DNA of 64,000 nt from Strigamia acuminata (taxonomy: Eukaryota), in assembly GCA_949358305.1 (NCBI GenBank), contig OX442314.1:8432001-8496000 (forward strand), given 5' to 3'. Positions 11,909 to 23,131 of this stretch are shown one piece after another. How positions within the stretch are numbered: position 1 is the stretch's first letter; every line of letters starts with the position of its first letter. Below the pieces are notes generated by a model. The model was not told the origin of the DNA and did no database searches. It saw only the letters and a program-made list of their open reading frames with translations. Both the position numbers and the translations under genes were made by a program.

Positions 11909-13550
11909 CTCCTCGGAGCTTAGACAGTAACTAAAAACAGCATAGTCAATCTGGTAGTTTTCCACTATTTACGTCACTGACTAAAAATTTGGATTAGCAA
12001 TTACCGCTTTCGTCGCCATTTTGAATTCTCCGCTTCATTCACGGGCAGCGTACATGTTACGATTTATCTAATTGTATTTGCTTTTAATTCGGTTAAATTC
12101 ACAATAATAAAGTGGCAGCATTGTATTGAAACAGTTAAAATCAGGAATTCTCTCTTTTTATGCTAACGAGACAAGGCTGCTTTTGGTAATTACGTGACAT
12201 GTATAAGGTTTCGTCTAATTTTATAACTATAACATAAAACTTCAACCGCAACCCAACCTTACACTAAATATAGCGTAAAAGATGTCATAATTATTAGGGT
12301 AAAGCACCTGCCGCAAACTGTGTACTACTAGTACGCCACTACGTATAACTATAAATATAATTATAAAGTAATTATAACCGAAACCGCAATTTAAAACTTT
12401 ATGGTAATTAACTTGTTTAAACGGTCGCGGATATTTTTAAAAACTTCTATCTCAATGCGCACATCTAAATAATAATACAGGTTAGTTTGGGACATATTGC
12501 ATGGCACAAAAATATTTGAAAACAAATTACCAAGGAATTTATTTATTTTTTACAATTACTTGTAGTTACTGGTAGTGTTCATATATCAAACGTTTATAAA
12601 GTTCGCATAATTTTTCTCATCAAATTGGAATTGGATCCTCGATCTTCATCATTTCTATAAAGTGAAACACATTATTCAAAAGTAATTTACAAAAAAAAAG
12701 AATCTTCTCCTCAATATAACGAACATACATTAGAATAATGTTTAAAATGTTTAAAACAAAATATTTATTTGCCAAAAATATATCGTTTCCAAAATAGAAG
12801 TTTGATTACAATGATGCAACAATGCCACAACTTTGAAAAGCACTTATTTTCAATCAATTCCCCACGAACACTTCATTTCTTAGCAAGGTCTAAAACATTC
12901 GCACTGGCCAGCGCGACAGGAACCTATTGGAAAATCCCTTTCGGTGCACAAAGGGTTACATGTAACGTTCCAACGACACGGGTGCAAGCCACCTACAGGA
13001 ACAGGACGACCCCCTGCCCCGCAATCGCGAGCTAATAAGTCACGGCGGTGATGATGATGATGATGAACGTGCTTTGCTAATAAAAATTGGAAATCTTTTT
13101 TCAAAGACAAAATATTAAACTAAAACTAAAATTTTTTTGTTCAGAATAAACCTTACCAAAGCAAAACACAAGGCAGAAGAGCAAGGTGATTAGATATTTC
13201 ATTTTCAATGGATGCTCTTGTGGTGAAAGTATTTAACTACGTAATGAATAGCGGACTTTCTTTTTGGTACCGGTAAGGGTGTACACATACAAATTTATTA
13301 ATGGCTTTATCTAAATAGTCTCTAATTGTTTTCAATATTAATTGACTAAAAGTGCATTCAATAATGTATTCTAGACAATTGAATAATCATACATAAGGAT
13401 GCTATCAAGTTTATTTAATATGAAGTCATTGTTAATTATTAGAATGGATATAATCAATGCAAGTATTTCAAGGCTCAAATCACAAAATACTTAATACAGT
13501 CGAACCTTGTTACATCAAATACTTAAAAATGGCTTGGTTGGTTGGTTGGT
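11909..13550. repeat. Tandem segmental duplication unit A (~1.64 kb, carries gene 4); unit B is 13551-~22325 plus four later insertions
   Basis: CTCCTCGGAGCTTAGAC... recurs at 13552, and 12330-13550 recurs at 20203-22325. Confidence 0.85.
12880..13202 (-). CDS. His-rich defensin-like peptide 4 (8 Cys)
   Basis: Exon1 13202-13157 MKYLITLLFCLVFCF; exon2 13076-12880 AKHVHHHHHHRRDLLARDCGAGGRPVPVGGLHPCRWNVTCNPLCTERDFPIGSCRAGQCECFRPC*. Confidence 0.9.
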
Positions 13551-13962
13551 ACTCCTCGGAGCTTAGACCGTAACTGAAAACAGCAAAGCCAATCTGGTAG
13601 TTTTCCACTATTTACGTCACTGACTAAAAATTTGGATTAGCAATTACCGCTTTCGTCACCATTTTGAATTCTCCGCTTCATTCACGCGCGGAGTACAAGT
13701 TACGATTTATCTAATTGTTTTTGCTTTTAATTCGGTTAAATTCACAATAATAAAGTTGCAGCATTGTATTGAAACAGTTAAAATCAAGAATTCTCTCTTT
13801 TTATGCTAACGAGACAAGGTTACTTTTGGTAATTACGTGACATGTATAAGGTTTCGTCTAATTTTATAACTATAACATAAAACTTCAACCGCAACCCAAC
13901 CTTACAGTAAATATAGCATAAAAGATGTCATAATTATTAGGGTAAAGCACATGCCGCAAACT

Positions 13963-14387
13963 AGGTACATTCGAAAAGTCATCAAAACGAGTGTAAATGC
14001 GTTGACACTCGTTTTCACACGACATTTACACGAATTAATTCGTGTAAATGTCGTGTAAACTGGTTAAACGGAAACGACCTGCAAGCCACGTTTAAATCTC
14101 CGTTCAATGAGTTTTCTAGTTCAAATCGGGTCTTGCTGGCAGCCATCTTGGATTTTCGTTAGATCGGTTGCAACTATTTACGTTTGTGCAATCGAATGCG
14201 GCCGGTGTTCGGCCGCATTTGTGCGATTGAATGTGGCCGATGTTTGGGCTAATTTATTTACACTTGAATTTACACTGAAATTTACACAGTAATTTATTTT
14301 TAAACTCGAAAATTGGGTCGTTTAACTTGACATTTACACTACCAGTTGCACTGGTCGTTTAGTGCAAATGACTTTTCGAATGCGCCT
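13963..14387. mobile_element. MITE with 3-bp TSD (ACT)
   Basis: AGGTACATTCGAAAAGTCAT ... ATGACTTTTCGAATGCGCCT; the empty site is visible in the paralogous unit at ~12318. Confidence 0.8.
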
Positions 14388-14937
14388 ACTGTGTACTACT
14401 ACTAGCCCGCACCCATGTGTATTGGGCCGCTTGTATTTTTTGATGTTGCAAAAATAAAAATCGTAAATTTCGAACTCAAAAAAAAGTTTTTAATCAAAAT
14501 AAATAAATGCAACTTGTAGAACAAACATTGGGCTTTATTTTTTAAAAAAAAATAAAATTTTAACTTAAATGGGCCAAAAGTTATGGCCAGTTGAATTTGT
14601 GCTACTTGGCACAAGTGTATTGGGCCACCACGCTAACTGCCTCAAGTGAGTTGGGCCGGCAGAAAAAGCTTAGCACCACATCCAAAAAATCACACAAAAA
14701 ACCGGTTTCTTCAGAAAATCATTGTTTATTTGAACAATACTTTACAATATTTTGTTGGATAACCAAAATTTTGTATGTGAAAAGTCAAAACCTAAATGTG
14801 ATGGGTTAGGAAAACTGAGCAATTGACTTGACTTTATGTTTAGAATCATTTTCCTGCTGAAATATCCATGTCAAAGGCAGTTTATCATCTCAAAATGGAA
14901 GCATAACAATCCTCCAACACTTTTTTATAAGTATATT

Positions 14938-15061
14938 TGTTGGAACAATACTTTATAAAATCAACAATGTATTTTGGTAACTATGTATGAAACGTGTGTT
15001 ATTAAAAATTCAAGATGAATGTATGAATATATGAAAGCTCCATTGCATATCTGACTCTTCA
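14938..15061 (+). repeat. copia 5' LTR
   Basis: TGTTGGAAC...GACTCTTCA; one mismatch seen versus the 3' LTR. Confidence 0.95.
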
Positions 15062-15063
15062 TG

Positions 15064-15077
15064 GGTTATGAGCCCAG
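15064..15077 (+). promoter_or_regulatory. Primer-binding site, half-tRNA-iMet type
   Basis: GGTTATGAGCCCAG just after the LTR, one mismatch to the Drosophila copia-type PBS GGTTATGGGCCCAG. Confidence 0.8.
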
Positions 15078-15274
15078 ACACAAATTTATTATGTGAAATA
15101 TGGACTGTTTTTTGGCTGAACAATTGCATATTGTGAAGAAAGGTTGGAAATCTGAAGTTTTAATGCAGTTTTAAATGTTCCATGAGAATTAGGCCCAGAA
15201 TTGCCTGAGTGATAAGCCTGTGCAACATTAAGCCCTGGACTGATTAGTTGATTTTAAGTGCTATTTCTGAGGAA

Positions 15275-18200
15275 ATGATGGCAGATCAATTTGTAATTCC
15301 AGTTGAGAAGTTGAATGGCAGAAACTATGGTGCATGGAAATTTAGAGTGGCAATTCTACTGAGATCCAAACACAAGTGGGATCCAACTGCAGCACCTGTG
15401 ATGCCTATTAAATTGATAACTGAAGATGAGAAAACTTTCAATACCAGATTGGATGAATGGCAGGTTAAAGATGTGGAAGTGCTGAATACAATTTTATCCA
15501 CAATAGATGCTACTCAAATGAAATATGTGATGAATGTTGTTACTGCAGCAGAAGCATGGGAGAAATTGCAAGTCCAGAACCAAGGTGTCTTAGCAGAATT
15601 AAAAGTTCAATTAAAAACTGACTTGGGAAGAATTCAGATGAAACCTAGAGAGACAATTCTGGAATACATTGGGCGTGCCACAGCAGTAGCTCAGGAACTC
15701 CAATCATTGGGAATAGTGACTGAAGAACCAGAACTTTGCTCACACATCTTGAAAGGATTAACTGCTGATTATATTAATGTTGTACGCAGCTGTGATGTAC
15801 TGGGAGTGGCAGCAATGACAATTCAAGTTTTGCAACGTGCCTTATTGGCTGAGGAAGCAAGAAAGCCACAACAGACAACTCCAAAGCTGGAGAGTGCCAA
15901 TTGGGTACGAGGTGCAACCTCCTATCAACGGGGCAGAGGTGGCAGACCAGCCAGAGGTCGAACCCAACTCAAATGTTGGAATTGTGGGATTCCAGGCCAT
16001 AGACAAGTGGATTGTCGCCGCCCACCCCAGCAGAACCAAGACACTCAGCCATCTACATCTGTCAATCGTGGTTTTCCTCCCCGGTCAAGACCTTGGGTTC
16101 CCCGAGGACGAGTATCATCTGGACCGTCCACATCCAAGCGAGTGACAGATGTGGAAGATCAAACACCACAGTTCGCTCTTGTTGCAACGGACAGTGACCC
16201 TGCTCATGTGGACAGGGAGAACGAACTTTTAATAGACCAAGAACAATTTGACCCTTACATATGGTACCTGGATTCGGGTGCAACTTCACATATGAGTGGA
16301 GACAGGAGTTTATTCACAACATTAGATGACTCATTTGCCAAGATGGTTTCATTGGCTGATGGCAGAGAGATTAAAGCATCAGGAACTGGTGTAATCATGC
16401 TAAATATTTGGTTTGGTGACCAAGCCAGAGTACTCAAGTTGGAAGACACCTATTATGTGCCTGAATTGAGTGGTAACCTGTTATCAATAAGCAGAATGAC
16501 TAATTTGGGCTATAAAGTGGCATTTACAGCCCGTGGCTGTACAGTTTCTACAATTGACAATGTACAAGTGTTCCAAGCTTCATCCCATCGGGGATTGTTC
16601 AGATTACAAGCAAGAAGCCCCAATGCACCCACAATGGAAGACAAAGCAGTAGTGATGGCTATTCAATCACAACCTCCATTGACGGGATCAGAGTTGTGGC
16701 ACCGCAGGTTGGCACACATAAACAATCGTGCCTTAAAGGATTTAGTAAAGAAAAATATGGTGACAGGGATGACAATTGATAAAGTTCACAAATGGACATT
16801 GTGTGAGGAATGTGTGACAGCAAAGCACACCAGAAGCCCGTTTTTGCCTGCACCATCAATTAGAGCCAGTGGGCCGCTACAGATGCTGCATGTAGACCTG
16901 TGTGGTCCCATGCCACACCCTTCAATTGGAAGATCAGAGTATATCTTCATGATTGTAGATGACTATTCAAGGTGTTTGTTTCCTCGTTTTTTGGTCTCAA
17001 AGGCTGAGACTTCGCGTGTTTTTGAACAATTTATAGACACACATCAAAATAAGTTTGAAGCCAAAGTCAAGATGGTCCGCTCAGAAAACGGGACTGAATT
17101 TTTAAATCAACACTTTAGGGCAATTTTGGACACAAGGGGAATTCAACATCAAACTACCGTCATCTATAGTCCATCCCAAAATGGAGTCTCTGAAAGGGCA
17201 AATAGATCCCTCCTTGACAAGACAAGGACACTATTGAATGATTCCAAGTTGCCACACAAGTTTTGGGCTGAAGCTGCGGCATGTGCCGCATATGCAATGA
17301 ATCGCTCACCAACACGTAGGTTTCCGGGCGAGACACCCTATGAAAGACTTACTGGAAGAAAACCAGATATATCTAATATGAGGATTTTTGGCACTATTGC
17401 TTACGCATGGGTTCCAAAGCAACATAGGAATAAGTTGGATTCTCGTGCTAAACCGGTCATTTTCATGGGCTATCCCTTGTTGAAGCCGGGCTGGAAGTTT
17501 TATGACCAAGATACTAATAATATCATTGTGGCACGAGATGTTAAGTTCAATGAGTCCAGATTGGGAATGGAATTATTATCAGGACAGAATGTAAAACCTG
17601 ATCATGAACCAGAAATGGTGTACATACCTGAGGGAGATGTAAGCTCCCAACCCCCAGTTGTTTTTCAACAACCCACCAGACCGACACCGGGTCCAGAACG
17701 GAGATATCCTTCAAGGATACGACGTCAGGTCCAGCCTTATCAGGCAATTGATTGGCGACAGCATCGCACACAACGTTGGGAGAACCAACGAGCACATGTG
17801 GTGAACACCAACCCACAGGTTGAAGTACCGATACATGAACCAAAGACATTTGCTGAGGCAGTGACATCTGACCAGGCGAGCCAATGGGTAAAGGCTATGG
17901 AAGAGGAAATAGCCTCCCACACCCAACAAAATACTTGGACTTTGGTTCCAAGACCACAGGATGCAAAAGTAATTGGCTCTCGCTGGGTATACAAGTTTAA
18001 GAAGAAATATAAAGCCCGTCTAGTTGTTCAAGGCTACAATGTCCACAAGGGCATTGACTATTCAGAGTCTTTTTCCCCTGTGGCTCGATTGGCTACCATC
18101 AGAATTATCTTAGCCATTGCTGCAATGTTTGGCTTTATAGTCAAGCACTACGATGTCAAATCAGCATACCTCCATGCGAAATTGAAGGAGGTAGTCTACA

Positions 18201-19360
18201 TGGAGCAACCTCAAGGCTTTATTCAACCTGGACGAGAAAACGATGTTTGGCTCCTAAATAAGGCAGTTTATGGTTTACCTCAGGCAGGCCGCACTTGGCA
18301 TGAAGCCCTGAACAAGGTACTTGCACAAGCGGGATTTAAGAAGTTGGTAGTTGATCCATGCGTTCATCTGTGGAAAAATGGTACCGACATTATAATAATG
18401 GGCACTTATGTCGACGATTTGATGCCGGCAACTAACGCCACACGAATGCTCGATCAGATAATGGGGAAAGTGATGAAGCAAGTTAATCTGATCGACCTTG
18501 GAGAAGTCACAGAGATTTTGAGCATCAGGATTAGGCGACAGACCCACCCGTATGCACTTTTGTTGGACCAATCCAAGTATATATTTGAGGTCTTGCTTAA
18601 ATTCAACATGATGAATGCAAAGACAAGTAGAGCACCCATGGACCCATCCCAGAAACTGGAGGACCCTAATTATCCGCTCGGATCACCATTAATTAACGAG
18701 CCCTATCGAGAATTAATTGGCTCTTTATCCTACTTGGCTCAAGCTACTCGACCAGATATCGCTTATGCGGTATCCTATCTATCGCAGTAGTTGCAGAATC
18801 CGCATGACGCTCACTGGACAGCAGCAAAGAAGATCCTTCGCTATTTAAAAGGAACGGCTGATTTGTCATTAATTTATTCTCAGGGATTTGGATTATTGCG
18901 AGGATATGCCGATGCATCTTGGAACAGTGCCTCGGTTGATGCAAAGAGCTATGCAGGATTTATCACCATGCTGGGAAATTCAACCATCACTTGGCAATCA
19001 AAGAAGCAAAAGCTAATTGCCTTATCAACATGTGAATCGGAATTTGTAGCAATGGTAGAGTTAGCGAAAGAACTGAAATGGATAACATCATTGCTGGAAC
19101 AGCTTGAGATGACCAAATTAATTCAAAGACCGATTCAAATCTTTTCTGATAATCAAGCCGCCATCGCCCTCACTAAAAACCCCCAGTACCATGGGCGCAC
19201 AAAACACTTTCACAGGAGAGTGTTATTTTTACGTGAGGATGTTCAAGATGGAACTTATGATATCAACTATATGTCTACAGAAGAGATGCCTGCAGATATT
19301 ATGACTAAGGCAACAGGTGGTTTGAAATTGATCACCACAAAGGATTTTATTAATTTGTGA
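15275..19360 (+). pseudogene. copia Gag-Pol polyprotein with an in-frame TAG at 18788-18790
   Basis: CCHC knuckle CWNCGIPGHRQVDC, protease WYLDSGATSHM, integrase WHRRLAH..CEEC/HVDLCGP, RT YVDD, RNase H GYADASW and SDNQAAI; the frame continues after the TAG. Confidence 0.92.
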
Positions 19361-19394
19361 CTATGTGATTCACCGTTACGATGAAGGGCGAGAA

Positions 19395-19518
19395 TGTTGG
19401 AACAATACTTTATAAAATCAACAATATATTTTGGTAACTATGTATGAAACGTGTGTTATTAAAAATTCAAGATGAATGTATGAATATATGAAAGCTCCAT
19501 TGCATATCTGACTCTTCA
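19395..19518 (+). repeat. copia 3' LTR
   Basis: Direct repeat of 14938-15061, followed by TSD ATATT. Confidence 0.95.
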
Positions 19519-20610
19519 ATATTGGTCCTTGAAACCCTTAATTTAATGTTGTGGACCGATACACATACAGGAAACCATCCCCAAGCCATCCCAATAGTAA
19601 AATGGCTTGGGGATGGTTTCCTGTATGTGTATCGGTCCACAACATTAAATTAAAAGTTTCAAGGACCAATATACTTATAAAAAAGTGTTGGAGGATTGTT
19701 ATGCTTCCATTTTGAGATGATAAACTGCCTTTGACATGGATATTTCAGCAGGAAAATGATTCTAAACATAAAGTCAAGTCAATTGCTCAGTTTTCCTAAC
19801 CCATCACATTTAGGTTTTGACTTTTCACATACAAAATTTTGGTTATCCAACAAAATATTGTAAAGTATTGTTCAAATAAACAATGATTTTCTGAAGAAAC
19901 CGGTTTTTTGTGTGATTTTTTGGATGTGGTGCTAAGCTTTTTCTGCCGGCCCAACTCACTTGAGGCAGTTAGCGTGGTGGCCCAATACACTTGTGCCAAG
20001 TAGCACAAATTCAACTGGCCATAACTTTTGGCCCATTTAAGTTAACATTTTATTTTATTTTTTAAAATAAAGCCCAATGTTTGTTCTACAAGTTGCATTT
20101 ATTTATTTTGATTAAAAACTTTTTTTTGAGTTTGAAATTTACGATTTTCTTTTTTGCAACATCAAAAAATACAAGCGGCCCAATACACATGGGTGCGGGT
20201 TGTAGTATGCCACTACGTATACCTATAAATATAATTATAAAGTAATTATAACCGAAACCGCAATTTAAAACTTTATGGTAATTAACTTGTTTAAACAGTC
20301 GCGGATATGTTTAAAAACTTCTATCTCAATGCGCACATCTAAATAATAATACAGGTTAGTTGGGGACATATTGCATGGCACAAAAATATTTGAAAACAAA
20401 TTACCAAGAAATTTATTTATTTTTTACAATTACTTGTAGTTACTGGTAGTGTTCATATATCAAACGTTTATAAAGTTTGCATAATTTTTCTCATCAAATT
20501 GGAATTGGATCCTCGATCTTCTTCACTTCTATAAAGTGAAACACATTATTCAAAAGTAATTTACAAAAAAAAAGAATCTTCTCCTCAATATAACGAACAT
20601 ACATTAGAAT

Positions 20611-21163
20611 ATTAGTGAGTTTGCGGTTGCCAATTGTTCCTTATAATTATGAGTTACAAGCTCATAATTATAATTATAATTCCTTCTTGAAATAGGCATT
20701 TGCGGTACAATAAATATTTTATAAATTATACTTATAAATACCATGTGAACAGTACAAATCTCTTGCATGTAATGGTAGAACAAATCCATATGCAAAAGAA
20801 AATGAAAATCTGTAGTTTTACTAATTTGACAGTTTTCAGACATGAAATTGTCTTCCAGTTCATTTATTTGCTTACCTGGAATGATTTTAGTTGTTTCTAT
20901 CCTTCGATGGCAGAAAGAAATTGTGATTGAGGCTGATTGTTGAAACAGGTCAGGCAGCCATTTTGAATTTTTATTAGCACCATCAGCGCCATTTGCAATA
21001 GTGGGAGGAGCTTAAAATAGTGTTAAGCGATCTGATTGGCTCCCTTATTTTACAAAATAGTGTAAAAATTGAGGAGTTACGTTATGTTATAAGTCCAATT
21101 TTATAATTATGAGCTTGTAACTCATAATTATAAGGAACAATTGGCAACCGCAAACTCACTAAT
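20611..21163. mobile_element. MITE with ~65-bp TIRs downstream of gene 5
   Basis: ATTAGTGAGTTTGCGGTTGCCAATTGTTCCTTATAATTATGAG... inverted at the right end; absent from paralogous unit A (~12735). Confidence 0.85.
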
Positions 21164-21319
21164 GTTATTTACATCTTTGGGTTACAATGTTTAAAACAAA
21201 ATATTTATTTGGCAAAAATATATCGTTTCCAAAATAGAAGTTTGATTACAACGATGCAATAATGCCTCAACTTTGAAAAGCACTTCTTTTCAATCAATTC
21301 CCCACGAACACTTCATTTC

Positions 21320-21645
21320 TTAGCAAGGGTTAAGACATGCGCACTGGCCAGAGCGACAGTAACCTATTGGAAAATCCTTTTCGGTGCACAAGGGGTTACA
21401 TGTGAAGTTCCTATGACACGGGTGCAAGCCACCTACAGGAACAGGACGACCCCCTACCCAGCAATCGCGAGCTAATAAGTAATGGCGGTGATGATGTTGA
21501 TGATGATGAACGTGCTTTGCTAATAAAAATTGGAAATCTTTTTTCAAAGACAAAATATTAAACCAAAACTATAATTTTCTTGTTCAGAATAAACCTTACC
21601 AAAGCAAAACACAAGGCAGAAAAGCAAGGTGATTAGATATTTCAT
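21320..21645 (-). CDS. His-rich defensin-like peptide 5 (8 Cys)
   Basis: Exon1 21645-21600 MKYLITLLFCLVFCF; exon2 21519-21320 AKHVHHHQHHHRHYLLARDCWVGGRPVPVGGLHPCHRNFTCNPLCTEKDFPIGYCRSGQCACLNPC*. Confidence 0.9.
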
Positions 21646-21862
21646 TTTCAATGGATGCTCTTGTGGTGAAAGTATTTAACTACGTAATGAATAGCGGACT
21701 TTCTTTTTGGTACCGGTAAGGGTGTACACATACAAATTTATTAATGGCTTTATCTAAATAGTCTCTAATTGTTTTCAATATTAATTGACTAAAAGTTCAT
21801 TCAATAATGTATTATAAGCAATTTAATAATCGTACATAAGGATGCTATCAAGTTTATTTAAT

Positions 21863-22176
21863 GGCAGTGGCTACGTTCATGTCCGACATGAACGTATTAT
21901 TTTCATGACGCGCTGTGATTGGCTGAGATCTATTCATGTCGGTTCGTTTCCTCAACGTATTTTTCTCAAATTCAATGTTTTCGAGGTTCTAGCTTCTTTT
22001 TTTCTTACAAGGGGGGGCGTAGCCCCCCCTTGACCCCCCCAGACCTAACCTTATCTGTGTTTAGCAAAGTTGACAAAATGAGGATTTTCATCAATGTATT
22101 TCAATGTATCTCTCAACCAATCACAGCGCGTCATGAAAATAATACGTTCACGTCGGACATGAACGTAGCCACTTCG
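21863..22176. mobile_element. Mutator-like MITE (9-bp TSD) upstream of gene 5
   Basis: ~65-bp TIRs (GTGGCTACGTTCATGTCCGAC...), TSD TTATTTAAT on both sides; empty site at ~13411. Confidence 0.85.
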
Positions 22177-22269
22177 TTATTTAATATATAATATAAAGTC
22201 ATTGTTAATTATTAGAATGGATATAATCAATGCAAGTATTTCAAGGCTCAAATCACAAAATACTTAATA

Positions 22270-22801
22270 CAGTCAAACCTTGTTATATCAAATACTTAAA
22301 AATGGCTTGGTTGGTTGGTTGGTTGGCCATACAAGTCAACACCGAAAACCTGGGACACCAACTCAAAATCAAATTTACAAAATTTAATTCACAAAATAAA
22401 GTACAAAAAAATAAAAAATAAAATGAAAAAATTGTCATAGCCATAATGTTCAGCCAGGTACTGGAAGAAAATATCTGGAAAGTAATTAAAATAAATTGTT
22501 TCATTGCTAAGTTATCTCCATTTTTGTATCTTTCAATGGATTCATAATACCTCGAATAAAGCAAACACAAATCATACGTAGGACACATTTTTGGTGTTGA
22601 CTTATAGAACGTCATGTTAAAAAAATTTGAAAAACAAACTTTCGTTATAACGAATTTTAAGAAACCCGAAAAATCGGTTCGTTGTAACGAAAGTTCGTTA
22701 TATCAAATTTTTTTTTAACATGATGTTTAGCCAACCAACCAAGTCATTTTTATGTACCATATTCATTATATTGAAAAATTCGTTATAATGAGATTTGATT
22801 G
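22270..22801. mobile_element. Tigger/pogo-like non-autonomous element
   Basis: TA-CAGTCAAACCTTGTTATA ... TATAATGAGATTTGATTG-TA, with internal TTCGTTATAACGAA motifs as in 60813-62282. Confidence 0.65.
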
Positions 22802-22829
22802 TATGCAGTTTCAAGTTACTTTTTACCTC

Positions 22830-23131
22830 TTAGCACTCAATATTACACGTGCACGCGCCATTGACACAGCGAGCTGCTGGATAATTCGGGTGCTGTCGGA
22901 GGCATTTGGCTTGACACTGGGCATCAAGTAGGCCTACGCATCTGGTGATGCCGTATACAGGCATAGTCGCCGGCTGACAATTGGGGTCACCTTTTTTGTA
23001 GGCAGGAACTGCCGTCACTAGTAGGAATTGCAAATTTTTTCAAAGACAAAATATTAATACAACACTGAAATTTCCTTGTCCTTACCAACACACAGAATAA
23101 GACAGAAGAACAAGGCAATTAGATATTTCAT
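22830..23131 (-). CDS. Divergent defensin-like peptide 6 (8 Cys)
   Basis: Exon1 23131-23086 MKYLIALFFCLILCV; exon2 23017-22830 VTAVPAYKKGDPNCQPATMPVYGITRCVGLLDAQCQAKCLRQHPNYPAARCVNGACTCNIEC*. Confidence 0.88.

Larger units (their letters stand above)
14938..19518 (+). mobile_element. Ty1/copia LTR retrotransposon, full length
   Basis: 124-bp LTRs (TG..CA), 5-bp TSD ATATT, PBS, PPT GAAGGGCGAGAA (19383-19394); domain order gag-PR-IN-RT-RNaseH. Confidence 0.97.
14402..20202. mobile_element. Foldback/palindromic non-autonomous DNA element (~1.2 kb net, TA-flanked), split by the copia insertion
   Basis: 14402-14937 plus 19524-~19590 is the reverse complement of ~19602-20202; the identical mirror ORFs 14591+ and 19796- reflect this; empty site at ~12329. 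Confidence 0.85.

Noticed and set aside
18791..19360. Separate 189-aa gene
   Set aside because: In-frame RNase H continuation of copia pol after a premature TAG
14591..20014. Identical 72-aa ORFs on opposite strands
   Set aside because: Consequence of the inverted arms of the foldback element; no coding signature
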